Below are positions 10,201 through 22,200 of a stretch of 24,616 bases of DNA, piece by piece. The notes below the pieces were generated by a model. It was given only the letters and a program-made list of their open reading frames with translations. It searched no databases and was not told the DNA's origin. Source of the DNA: Elusimicrobiota bacterium (GTDB lineage Bacteria; Elusimicrobiota; Elusimicrobia; UBA1565); NCBI GenBank assembly GCA_043819795.1, contig JBDREN010000002.1, positions 1 to 24,616 of the forward strand, in the 5' to 3' direction. Positions within the stretch are counted from its first letter, which is position 1, and each line of letters begins with the position of its first letter. Made by a program: the position numbers and the translations under genes.

Positions 10201-13200
10201 AGCCGTGACGCCGAGCGTGTGGGCTCCATCCGGGTATGGCAGCGTATCCCATCGAAAATGAGGGGAACTCTGCGGAGAAGCGAGCGTCTCGCCGTCCACG
10301 GCGAAGGAGAAGTCCGAGACGCCGACCGCGTCCGTCGCGCCGGCGGAGATTGTCACGGGCCGGCTGATCACCGCGCCCTCCGCGGGACTCCAGATCGTCA
10401 GGCCGGGGGGTATGCTGCTGAAGGCGACGGGGTTCGATAAAGACGCGAGGTTGCCGACGGAATCGAGCGTCCGGATGTTGAAGAAGTAGAGATGGTGGTC
10501 CAGGGGGAGGCTGGTGATTGCCAGGCTCTCCGCGCTGCCGGGAGCCTTCGGGACGATGCTTTGCTGAATCTCGGCGGCGTCCTCCCACGCGGCCGGCGTC
10601 AGGGCGGCCGTCGCGCCGTAGCGGATGCGGTAGCTGTGCACTCCGGCGAGGCCGTCGGAAGGCGCCGTCCAGAAAAGCGTGAGAGTGGAGGTGGGCGTGG
10701 ACGCGACGACGCGCAGGTCGGTCACGGCCGTGGGAGGGGTCTTGTCGAAGAGGACGCCGGCGCTGCCGTTGGAGGCGGGACTCTCGTTGCCCGCGTGGTC
10801 GAGAGCGGTGACGGCGTAGAAGTACGTGTCGTCCTGGACCGGAATGTCCGCAAGGCCGCGGAATCCTTGGGCGTCCGGCGGCCCGGCGGCCTGGGCGGCC
10901 AGAACAGGCGTCATCCCGGCGGTGGAGCCGATAGGCGTCAGGGACCGATAGACGTTGAAGCCCTCCGAGTCCGCGGAGGCCTTGAAGCTCAGCCCGACCC
11001 GCGGGGTACCCGGGACCGAGGTGTCCAGCTGCGCGGCGAGGTCGGTCGGCGCGTCGGGAGGAGTGGCGTCCGTTGTGGCCGAGACGGCGGCGCTCTTGGT
11101 CCGGTTCCCCGCGAGGTCCACGGAAGCCACCTCATAGTCGTGCGCTCCGTCCGAGGGCATGTCCGTGTAGTCGCCGCTGCCGTCGGGGCTCGGGGTCACG
11201 GCGGGGGACAGCTGAGCCCCGTCCCGGAAGACCAGGTAGGAGGAAGGCATCTCTCCGGCGTCGGGAGCCTCCCACGAGATCCCGATGGCCCCGCCCTGTC
11301 CGGCCACAGCCTGCACGAGGGTCGGAGGCCCCGGCGGGACCGTATCGATGATGAACTGGGCTGCGCCCCCGGAAAGGGTGGCGCTGAGATTGCCTAAGGC
11401 GTCCTCCGCGGAGTAGTTGAAATCGGCGGGACCGTCTCCCGTCGTCTCGTCGACCGCCACAGACCCGGTCCAGTCCCTGTTGTCTGGCCCCGAAGCGGAC
11501 AGGGCCACGGGGACGGCGGCCCGCCCGGATGGAGTGAACGACAAGGTAGGGACGCCGGCGGCGGGCTCATCCAGGCTGAGGCTCAGGGGGAAGTCCCCCG
11601 ATGAGACCGCAGCCGGGAAGGCGATGGCCCCGAGAGGTCCGCGAGTGTCGATCCCGGCGCTTTGGCCCGACGTCAAAGCCGTCCCCACGTTGCCCGCGAA
11701 ATCCTGGCCTTGGAAGCCGAATTCCGCCGTTCCCGTGGCCATGGAGGGGGTCACCGTCAAGGTCCCCACCCAGACCAGGGTGGTCGTCTGCTCGATCTCG
11801 ATGGTGACGGCATCCTGGCCCTGGGGCGTTATCGTGAGCGCGGGCGGAAGCGTCAACGCCTCGGAGAGCGTCAACTCCAGGGGATGCTCCCCGGGGCCCA
11901 GCGGCGGTGTGGACTGCGTGAGCCTGATGCTGGCGCTCGGGGTGGCGCGATCCGACACTCCGGGCGCGATCTCCGATAGGCCGCTGGCGTTGGACGCCGC
12001 GTCGAGGGAGACGGCTCCGTAGAAGAAGAGGCCGTCGTGCGGGGGCGCGTCGGTGTAGCTGGTGTCCGGTCCCTGGTGGACGAGCAGGGACGGCGGAGGC
12101 GTCGCTCCCTCCGTCAACGCGGCCTCTTGGTTGCTGCGGTAGACTTTGTAGGCGGCAGGCGTCTCGCCTTCCGGGAGGCCCCAATCCAGGCGGATCCGTC
12201 CTCCGGTGAGCGAGGCGGCCACGGGCTGGACCGGCGGTCCCGGAGCGGCGGTGTCCAGGGTGCCGTTGACCGCGGCCGAGGGCGCGCTCGTGCCTCTCGA
12301 GTCGGAAAGCCGCGCCGTAAGGGCGACGGCCCCGTCGGCGGGCAGGGATATCCCGAGGACCACGAATGTTCCGTCGCCTTGGACCGAAGCGCTGCCGGCC
12401 GCGGAGCCGTCAACGAAGACGGTCACGGTATTGCCCGGCTCGGCCGTCCCGGAAACGTCTATCACGGCCGTGGCGGTCAGGAAACCCTCCTCCGGGGACA
12501 GGATCGCCGGTGCGGGCGGCGGAGCGTAGCTGATCGTGACGGGGACGGTCGCCTCCACGGCGTTGCCGAAGCTGTCCAGCGCCCGGGCCATGAGGCTGTG
12601 CGTCCCATCCAAGAAGTCCCGGATATCGAAATAGAACTCGTAGGGGGCCGCCGCGTCCGTCCCGGCGGCTTCGCCGTCCACGAGGAAATCGACCCGCGCG
12701 ATGCCCTGGGAATCGGACGCCGTGGCGGTCGCCGTGGAGGGCCTGGTCAGGACGGTTCCCGGCGCCGGCGCGGTGATCGCCGCCTCCGGCGGTACCGGGT
12801 CGTAGAGGACGCTGTTGGAGACCGGCGAGAGGTTCCCGACCTCGTCCTGCGACCGGATAGCCAGATACGCGACATCTTCCGGCAGGTCCGTGACGGTGTG
12901 GCTCTCCTCCGTGCCGGGCTCGGAGGGGGAGGGCGCGGCGTGGGGCGCGGCGTCATCCCAGTTCGAGTCGTCGAGCGGCTCGGAGTGGGACTTGAGCGCG
13001 TATCCCGCCACCGCGCTGAGCGCGTCGGAGGGGGAGGTCCAAGCCAAATCCGCCTCGGCGCTCGCCGGCCTTTGCACCGTGACGTTCAGGTCGGCGATCC
13101 GCGAAGGGCCGGTCTTGTCGATGGTGAACGTGACCGAGGCCGAGGCCGAGTTGCCGGCCGCGTCGGTGGCGGTCAGCGTGACGGTCTTCTGGCCTTCTTC

Positions 13201-16200
13201 TGTGAAGGTGAAGGGAGGGGCGTCGTGGCCTTGGTCGTCTTTCACCTCGATCGAGCCTTCGGGCGTCAGATCATCGGTGACGGTGAACTCGATAGTGACC
13301 GCTGTGCTCGTGTTCGCGCCCGCCTCCGGGCCGGTGATGGCCAAGGTCGGGGGATGCGTGTCCGTGATGATCGTGAACTCTTCCGACGACGATTGGTTGC
13401 CGAAGGCGTCTATAGAGAAGGCCCTGAAGTAGTACGTCGTATGCGGTTCGAGGCCTTCGACGGCCGTCAGGTGGCCCCGGCCCAGGTGCTCGATGTCCTG
13501 ATAGTCCACCGTCGCGGGGGTGGTGGTCGTGTACACCCAAGGATCGGTCCCCATCGCCACCTGGCCGGTGGCCAGCTCGTTGGTGTCCCAGGCCACGTCG
13601 ATGCGCGTCTCGTCTTCCGACAGCGTGGCGCTGACGTCGGAGAGCTCCGGAGGCGTGAGATCGGGCACGAACACCGTCAGCTCCGCGGGAGCCGAGGCGT
13701 TGCCCGCCGCGTCCACCGCCCGCACCTGGTACTCGTAGGTCTCCCCCAGAACCAGGCCCGTGGTGTTCGAATAGGCGAGCGTGGGCGTGTCCGCGATGAC
13801 CGAAAAGCCTGTGCCGCCGTCATAGACCCTGCGGGAGACCCGGTAGAGCGCCGTGCCGGAGGGAGCCGGGCCTTCCGCGTCCGCGGAAGCGTCCCAGGCG
13901 AGGTCCGCCCGCCGCTCGACCACCAGCGTCGTCCGCGGGTTCTCGGGGAGCGTTGGAGCCTGGAGGTCGATGTTCAGCGTCGTCGTCTTGGCCGTCTCCT
14001 GGTTGCCGAGCCGGTCCACCGCGAAGTAGGACAGGACGTGGATCCCTTCGGGGACCGCGGGCTGGGCGGACGCGCCGGTGGAGACCGTCTCCGGGTCCTC
14101 GTCCAGGGTGAAACGGACCTCCCCGGCCCCGCTCCCCGAGCCGTCGGCGGCGCTCAGCGTGAGGTTCGGCATCGGGGACCTGTACCAGCCGTTGGAGCCG
14201 TTGGGCGCGGGGCTCAGGGAAGTCACGGGCGGCGTGTTGTCCACCTTCAAGGATACCGCCGGGCTCGCTCCCACGTTGCCGACTTGGTCTCGCGCCTGCA
14301 GATAGACCGCGTGCGGCCCGTCGGGGTAGAGGGGCTCTTCGCCGTCCCGCGCCAGGGTGTCCCACGCGAAGGAGAACTCGGGGGGCTCGGCCGCTCCCTG
14401 GCCCTCGCCGTCGATGAAGAACTCCGTGCCGGAGATGCCGCCTTCGTCCATCGCGGTCCCGGTCACCGTGACCAGGCCGGAGACGAAATCGTTCTCGGTG
14501 TGCGAGGTGATCTGCGCGACCGGGATCGATATGTCGGCGAGCCTCAGGCTGGCGTTGTCGAACGATTCGATCATCGCGCTGGTGTTTTTCTGGGCGCCGC
14601 CGAAGATCTCCATGTGGAAGTCCGTCCAGGTCCCCAGGAAACCGATCGTCCCGCCGTCGCTGTTCTTGGTGAGGTCCACGTTGGTCATGATCGCCTCGCC
14701 GTCGATGTCGAGGCTGAAGGTCTTGTTCTCGAAGTCCAGGGCGATGTGGACCTGGCGGGAAGAGACGTCGGGGTCGTCCACGGTCGGGATGGGGATCTCC
14801 AGGGTCTTTTTCTTCAGGGTTTGTTGGGTCGTATTGGGTTCGCCCCTGCCGTAGAGCGTCATCTCCGTGCGGCGCGGTCCGGTGTCGCCGCTATAGCCGA
14901 GGTCCAGGCGGAGGTACCGGTCGTTCGGAGACTGGTAGGTGCCGTGCCTGCCCGAGTCCGGGGACCGGAAGTAGATGCCGGGGGCGAGGCCGTTGGCGTC
15001 CGTCTTCGTATCCGGGCTCCAATCCAGGCTGAAGTGGTAGACTCCCTGCTGGTTGAACTGGCTCTTGGAGTACGCGGCGGCTCCCCGCCATTGACAGCAT
15101 GGTCCATCCAGATTGAACTTGAGTTCACCGTCCGCCACCTGCACGGAGGCGGAGCCGAAGGTCATCGTCTCCCACTTGCTCGCGTCCAGGGCGGCTCCTT
15201 CGAAAGCGTCCTCCAGGACGGTCAACAGCGCTCCCGTGGCGGTGAGCAGCCAGCCCCGGCTGGCCTGGCCGGCGTCGGTGACGACGCTCAGGTTTCCGGT
15301 CCCCGCGGGCGTGCCGGGGGGGAGGGAGGCGGTGATGGCGGTGTCGCTCCAGCTCGCCACCGAGAGAAGCCCCGCGCCGAGGCTGACTTTGCCGGTTCCC
15401 TGCGAGTCCCCGAAGCCGACTCCGGTGATCTCGACCTGGGTGCCCGGAGGGCCGATGTCCGGACGGACCGACCGCAGCTGCGGAGGACCTTCGAGGAGCA
15501 CGTTGTCGAAAGTCTCCACGAGCGAACTGGTGGCGTACTGCGAGCCTCCGTAGAGCTCCAGCTGGAATTCGCCGATCTTGTCCAGGAAGCCCACGGGGTT
15601 CCCGTTGCTGTCGCGGGTCAGGTCCACGCCGGTCATCATCGCCCGGCCGTCGAGGTCAAAGCTGAAGGTCTTGTCGTCGAAATCAAGCGCGATGTGGATC
15701 TGGTGAACGGTCGCGTCGGGGCTCGGGGCCGTCGGCAGCAGGAGACTGATGGGGACTTTCTTCAGGAGGTGGATCGTGGAGGTCCCCCTGCCGTAGAGGC
15801 TCAGCTCGGTCCGGAAGGACCCGGTGTCGGAGGCGGTGCCCAGATCCAGCCGGATGAACCTCTCCGTGGGGTCCTGGAAGTTGTAGTCGCGGCTCGCGGC
15901 CACCGCGCGGAAGTAGATAGAGGGGATCCGGCCGTTGCCGTCATCCTTGCGGCCGGGCAGCCAATTGAGGTTCAGGTGGTAGACTCCCTTCCCTCGGAGC
16001 AGGGGCCTGCCGTAGGCCGCCACTCCCCGATATTGGCAGCAGGACCTCGCCGTCTTGAGATCCAAGGAGCCGTCCGAGACCTCCACCACGGTCCCTCCCG
16101 CCTCCACCTTCCTCCATACGCTCCCGTCCAGGACTCCCGCCTCGAAGTCGTCGCTGAGCAGGACCGGCAGGCGCGGCGTGACCGTGAACCGGAACCCGCC

Positions 16201-19200
16201 GACCTCGGGTCCGAGAGCGACCTTTACGGCCAGCTCCTGCGGACCCAGAGGAGTTCCCTCCGGGACGCGGACCAGGAGCGCGTCGTTGCTCCAGCTCAGG
16301 ACGGTCAGGTCGTTGCCGCCGAGCCGCACGTAGCCGCTTCCCCGCGTCTCGCCGAAGCCGTTGCCCGTCAGGGTGAGCTCGGTCCCGGCGGGGCCGCTCC
16401 CGCGGCTCGCGGCGTGGAGCTGGGGCGGCCCTTCCATCACCACGTTGTCGAAGGCCTCCACCAGCGAACTGGTGCCGTACTGCGAGCCTCCGTAGAACTC
16501 CAGCTGGAAGATGCCGAGCTTGTCCAGGAAGGAGATGGCTGTCCCGCCGCTGTCATGGGTCAAGTCCACGTCCGTCATCATCGGCTGGCCGTCGAGGTCC
16601 ATGCTCAAGGTCTTGTTATCGATATCCAGCGCTATGTGGATCTGGTGGGTCGTCGCGTCCGGGCTTGGGGCCGTCGGCAACAGGAGGCTGATGGGGACTT
16701 TCTTCAGGAGGTGGAGCGTGGAGGTCCCCCTGCCGTAGAGGCTCAGCTCGGTCCTGAAAGACCCGGTGTCGGAGGCGGTGCCCAGGTCCAGCCGGATGAA
16801 CCTCTCCATGGGGTCCTGGAAGTTGTAGTCGCGGCTCGTGGCTACCGCGCGGAAGTAGATAGCGGGGATCCGGCCGTTGCCGTCGTTCTTGTGCCCGGGC
16901 TTCCAGTCCAGGTTCAGATGGTAGACTCCACCCGGAAGGAACATGGGGCTGCCGTAGGCCGCCACGCCCCGGTAGGAGCAGCAGGGCCCCGCCGCCCGGA
17001 TCTCCAAAGACCCGCTGGAGACCCCCACCGAGGTGCTCCCCGGCTCGACCGTCTTCCACGCGTCGGCGTCCAGGCCGCCCCCTTCGAAATCGTCGGCCAG
17101 GAGCATCGGCAGGGGATCGGTGACGGTGAACTTGAAGCCGCCGAGCTCGGGTCCGATGTCGCCCTTCAAGACGAGGGCCTGCGGCCCCAAGGCCGTCCCT
17201 TGCGGGATGCTGACCGCCACGGCGCCGTCGCTCCAGATCAGGACCGGCAGGTTGTTGCCCCCGAGGCTGACGAAGCCGCTTCCCTGGCTGTCGCCGAAAC
17301 CGATTCCCCTCAGCGTCAGCGCGGTCCCCCACGCGCCGCTGCCGCGGCTGATCGAGTGGAGCTGGGGCGGGCCCTCCAGGATCACGTTGTCGAAGGTCTC
17401 CACCAGGGAGCTGTTGGAGTACTGGGAGCCCCCGTAGAGCTCCATCTGGAAGTTGCCGATCTTGTCCAGGAAGCCGATGGGTGTGCCGCCGCTGTCATGG
17501 GTCAGGTCCACGTCCGACATCACGGGCTGGCCGTCCAAGTCGAGGCTGAAGGTCTTGTTGTCCGCGTCGAAGGCGATGTGGACCTGATGGAAGACCGCGT
17601 TCTGGTCCGGAGCGGTCAGGATGGGCGAGTCCAGCGTGACGGTCTTGATGGTGCTCAGCGTGGCCCCGGGGGCGCCCTGGCCGTAGAGGTTCAGCTTCGT
17701 CCGCGTGGAGCCCGTGTCGTTGTTGAGCCCCAGGTCCAGGCGGATGTAACGTTCGTCCGGGCTCTGGTAGCTGGAGTTGCGGGACGCTCCGACCGCGCGG
17801 AGGAAGATCGCCGGGATCCGTCCGTTGCCGTCCGACTTCCTTCCCGGCTTCCAGTCGAGGTTCAGATGGTAGACGCCCTGCTGGCGCAGCTGGGGGACGG
17901 GGTAGGCGGCCACGCCCCGGTATCCGCAGCAAGCGCCTCCCGCCTTGAGCGAGAGGGAGCCGTCGACGATCTCCGCCGAGGCGGTCCAATACTCGGCCGT
18001 CCTCCATACGTTTCCGTCCAGCGCGGGCCCCTCGAAATCGTCGTACACCAGGACGCGCCCGGGGGGTGTGACTGTGAACCGGAATCCGCCCATCTCCGGC
18101 CCCGTGTCCGGCTTGATCGTCACATCGTAGACCCCCTCCGGGGTGCCTGGCGGCACGCGCGCCAGGATGGAGGTCCCGCTCCAGCTTAGGACGCTCAGGT
18201 CATGGGCGCCCAAACGGAAATACCCGCTCCCCTGCGCGTCGCCGAAGCCGGAGCCGGTCACCGCCAGCTCGGTGTTCGGCGCTCCGCTGCCCCGGCTCAC
18301 CGATTGGATCTGGGAGTTGCCGTCGACCCTGACGTTGTCGAAGGACTCGACCAAGGAGGACGTGTAGTACTGCCCGCCTCCGTAGAGCTCGAGATGGAAG
18401 TCTCCGATGGCCGAGAGAAAATCGACGGGGTTGCCGTTGTAGTCTCGCGTGAGGTCGACGCCCGTCATGATCTCCCGGCCGTCCATCTCCATCGTGAAGG
18501 TCAGGGCGTCGAGGTCGAGCCCGATGTGGATGAGATGGAAAGCGGCCGCGTCCGCGGGATCGGCCAGGACGGGCGTGGGCAAGGTGACGGTCCTCAGGGT
18601 GTATTCCGAACCGGTACCCCTACCGTAGAGCCTGAGGACGGTCCTCTTCTGGCCGTTGTCGCCGGAGCTCCCGAGGTCGAGGCGGATGTAGCGGTCCATC
18701 GGGTACAATAGGCTGGCGTCGCGGCTCCCGGCCGCGTCCCGGAAGAAGATGCCGGGTATCCGGCCCGCCGAGCTGGCCTTCGTCCCCGGTTTCCATTCGA
18801 GGTTGACGTGGTAGACGCCGGCCTTGTCGAATGCGCGCCTGGGGAAGACGGATACCCCCCGCCAGTTGTTGTTGGGGTTGATGGTCTTGAGCCTCAGACG
18901 GCCCTCCTCCACCTCGGCGGCGGCGCTGCCGGTGTAGACCGAGGACCACTTGACGCCGTCGAGGCTCTCACCGGAGAAATCGTCGGCATGGAGCTCGGCC
19001 AGCTCCTCGGTGACGGTGAAGAGCCATTTCACGGTGCTGTGGCCCGCGTGGTCCGCGACGGCGATGTCCGCCCTGCCCTCCGGAGTCCCGGGCGGGACGA
19101 CCGCCGTGATGGAGGTGTCGGTCCAGCTCGCGACCGTCAGGGGCGCGGCGTCGAGGGTCACCGAACCGTTGCCCTGCGCGTCCCCGAACCCATGGCCTTC

Positions 19201-22200
19201 GAGGACGAGCTCCGTGCCCGGCGGGCCGCTCGCCCGGCTCATGGAGAGCAGCTGCGGCGGGCCCTCCAGCAGGACGTTGTCGAAAGACTCCACGAGAGGG
19301 GAGGAGTAGTACTGCGAGCCTCCGTAGAGCTCGAGCTGAAAGTCTTCGAAGGCGGAAAGGATTTCGGCCGGGTTGCCGTTGCTGTCGCGCGTCAGGTCCA
19401 CGTCCGTCATGACCGCCCGCCCATCAAGCTCGAGGCTCAGGGTCTTGGCGTCGAAGTCCAGGGCTATGTGGATGTTGCGGAACGTGGCGGCGGCGTTTGG
19501 CTCAGCCAGGACCGGAGAGGCCAGCGTGACGCGCTTCAACGTGTGGGGGGAGACGGTCCCCTTGCCGTAGAGGGTCATCACGGTCCTGAGCTCGCCCATG
19601 TCGTTGTTCGTGCCCAGCTCGAGCTGGATGTAGCGGTTCGAAGGGTAATTGTACGTGCCCTCGCGGTCCGCGGCCGCGTCCCGGAAGTAGATGCCCGGGA
19701 CGTAACCCGCCGAGCTGGCTTTCGTCCCGGGTTTCCAGTCGAGGTTCAGATGGTAGACGCCGCCTTTTTTGAAGACTCTTTTCGTGAGGACGGAGGCCGC
19801 CCGCCAGCGGTTGCTGCCGCCCGCGGTCTCGAGCCTCAAGCGGCCCTGGTCCACCTTGATGTAGGCGCTGCTGAATATCTCCGAGGACCATTTGCCGTCG
19901 TCGAGCGCGCCGTCCGGGAAGGATTCGGAGAAAAGCTCGGCGTGCCGCTCGGTGGCCGTGAACAGCCACGGCCTGCTCGCCCGGCCGTCGTCGGCCGTGA
20001 TCACCAGGTCCTGCCGGCCGAGGGGGAGGCCCGGGGGGACGGCACCGACGATCTGCAGGTCCGTCCAGCTCGCGATCTGCATCGGGACCCCGCCGATGGT
20101 CACGGCTCCGTTTCCCTGCTCCACGCCGAAGCCTCGCCCGGTCAAGGTCGCCTGGCGACCGGCGGACCCGCTTCCCGGGCTGAGCCCGCGCAGCTGCGGC
20201 GGGCCTTCCAGCAGGACGTTGTCGAACGACTCGGTCAGGGGGGACGAGTAGAACTGCGCGCCTCCGTAGAGCTCCACGTGGAAATCGCGGATGGACGGGA
20301 GGAAGTCGATGCTGTTGCCGGAGCTGTCCTTGGTCAGGTCGACGCCCGACATGATCGCCTGGCCGTCGAGATAGAGGCTCAGGGTCTTGTTGTCGAAGTC
20401 CAGGGCGATGCGGATGTGGCGGAACACGGCGGACGGGTCGGGATCGGCCGCGATGGGGGGATCCAAGGCGACGGATTTTAGAGACGACTGCGAGCTTGAC
20501 GCCCCCATGCCGTAGAGAGTCAAGGACGTCCTTTGCTGGCCGTAGTCGCCTTGGGTTCCCAAGTCGAGCCGGACGTATCGGCTCGAAGGCGACTGATAGG
20601 TGCCGTCCCGGATCGCGCCGACGTCGCGGAAATAGATGCTCGGGCTCTGGCCCGCCGAGCTGGCCTTGGTCCCCGGTTTCCAGTCCAGGTCCAGGTAGTA
20701 GACGCCTGTCGCCTGGAAGACCTCTTTTGAATATAGGGATATCGCTCGCCACCGGCTGCTTGTCCCCGCTGTCCGGAGCCTCAGGACGCCGTCGGAGACG
20801 TCCGCCGTGCCGGAGCCGAATTTCGCGCTTATCCACTTCGACGCGTCCAGAACCCCGGCGCTGAAGTCGTCGTCGATGAATGGACCGGCGGGGGGGGGCG
20901 GGGTGAGGATGTTGAACGCGTAGGACCGCCTGTTGCCGTCCAGATCGGAGGCCGTGAGCTCGATGCGGTTTGTGTCGGGCCCCGCCGAGGGCGCGAGGTT
21001 CAGGCCCGATACGGTCAGCCGGTGGGGATCGTTCTCGGAGGCCCCGGGCGAGAGCGGATTGAGGGATATATAAGAGGAAGGCACCTCCGTCCAGCCCTGG
21101 CCGCCGTCCACGCTGACGCGCGCCGAGAAGCCGGGCTCGCTTTCATACTCGCGCAGGACCTGCTCTTCGGTCAGGGCCGCGTTCAGGATGCGGATCTCAT
21201 CGATGACCCCGTTCATCATTCGGCCCGCCGTGCCGATCGGATAACGGGCGTCGTAGCCGATCGCGACGACCCCGTCGCCGTCGTGGATCGGGGTGCTGGC
21301 GAAGCCCCAGGTGGAGACGCCGGTCAATACTCCGTTGCGGTAGGCCGCGGCCTGGTTGCCGTCATAGGTCCAGGCCATGTGGTTCCATTCGCCCGGCACC
21401 GTCCCGGTCGTGCACGGCGAGGTCCGCCAGGACCCGCCGACGTTGACATAGAGCATGGATCCGGCGCTCCCGTCGCCGCAGGAGTGGATCAGCCACTCGT
21501 TGACCGCCATGTCGTTGGCGCCGTTGCCCTTGCTCAGCCATGCGTCGGTCCCGTTGGGCTTGTACCAGAACTCGACGGTCAGCTCATAGGCGGGAGTCAG
21601 GCCGGCGGAATCCGGGACATGGACGGCCTGGTCGGCGCCGTTGAAGCTCAACCCCCGGCCGTGGCGGCCCTCCACCCTGGCCGGGAAGTTGACCAGAGTC
21701 CCGTGGTTGCCGTTCCCGGAGGCGTCCTCGACGGCCTCCCCGGAGGCTTCCTCCAGATGCCAGAGGGCGGACGCGCCCTCGATCTCCGGGAAGAGCGCGC
21801 CCGCGTCCGGGGGCAGCCCGCTGCCGGAGTCCTGGACCGTAATCCGGGCCGAGATGCCGTCGCGGCCGGGCAGCGCCGTCGCGGGATCGAGGAAGCTCGC
21901 TCCGTCCGCCGAGACTCCCGGGTCCGATAGGTCCGGCGGGGCGGTATCCGGCGGAGGCGTCAGGATGTCGTAGGAGAAGGAAGCCGTGTTGCCGGCGACG
22001 TCCGCAGCCATGAACTCTATCCGGTTGATGCCGGGCTCGGGCGACGGAGCCAGGGCCAGCCCGGCCGCGGTCAGATAATGAGGATCGGTCGCCGAGGCGG
22101 CTCCCGCGGCGAGCGACAGGCTGAGCTTGGCGGCGGGGACTCTCCTCCAGCTTTCTCCCCCGTCCGTGCTGTAGCGCGCGGAATACGCCGCGCTCTGCTT

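Noticed and set aside
12037..18189. 2050-aa plus-strand ORF and other long antisense ORFs (e.g. 4255-6438, 18808-20481, 6484-7860)
   Set aside because: Entirely antisense to the giant gene with no recognisable motifs; such shadow ORFs are expected from high-GC codon bias.
14533..20886. Diversity-generating retroelement template/variable repeat pair
   Set aside because: Differences between the near-identical segments are not adenine-specific, both copies are in-frame coding, and no reverse transcriptase is in the window.
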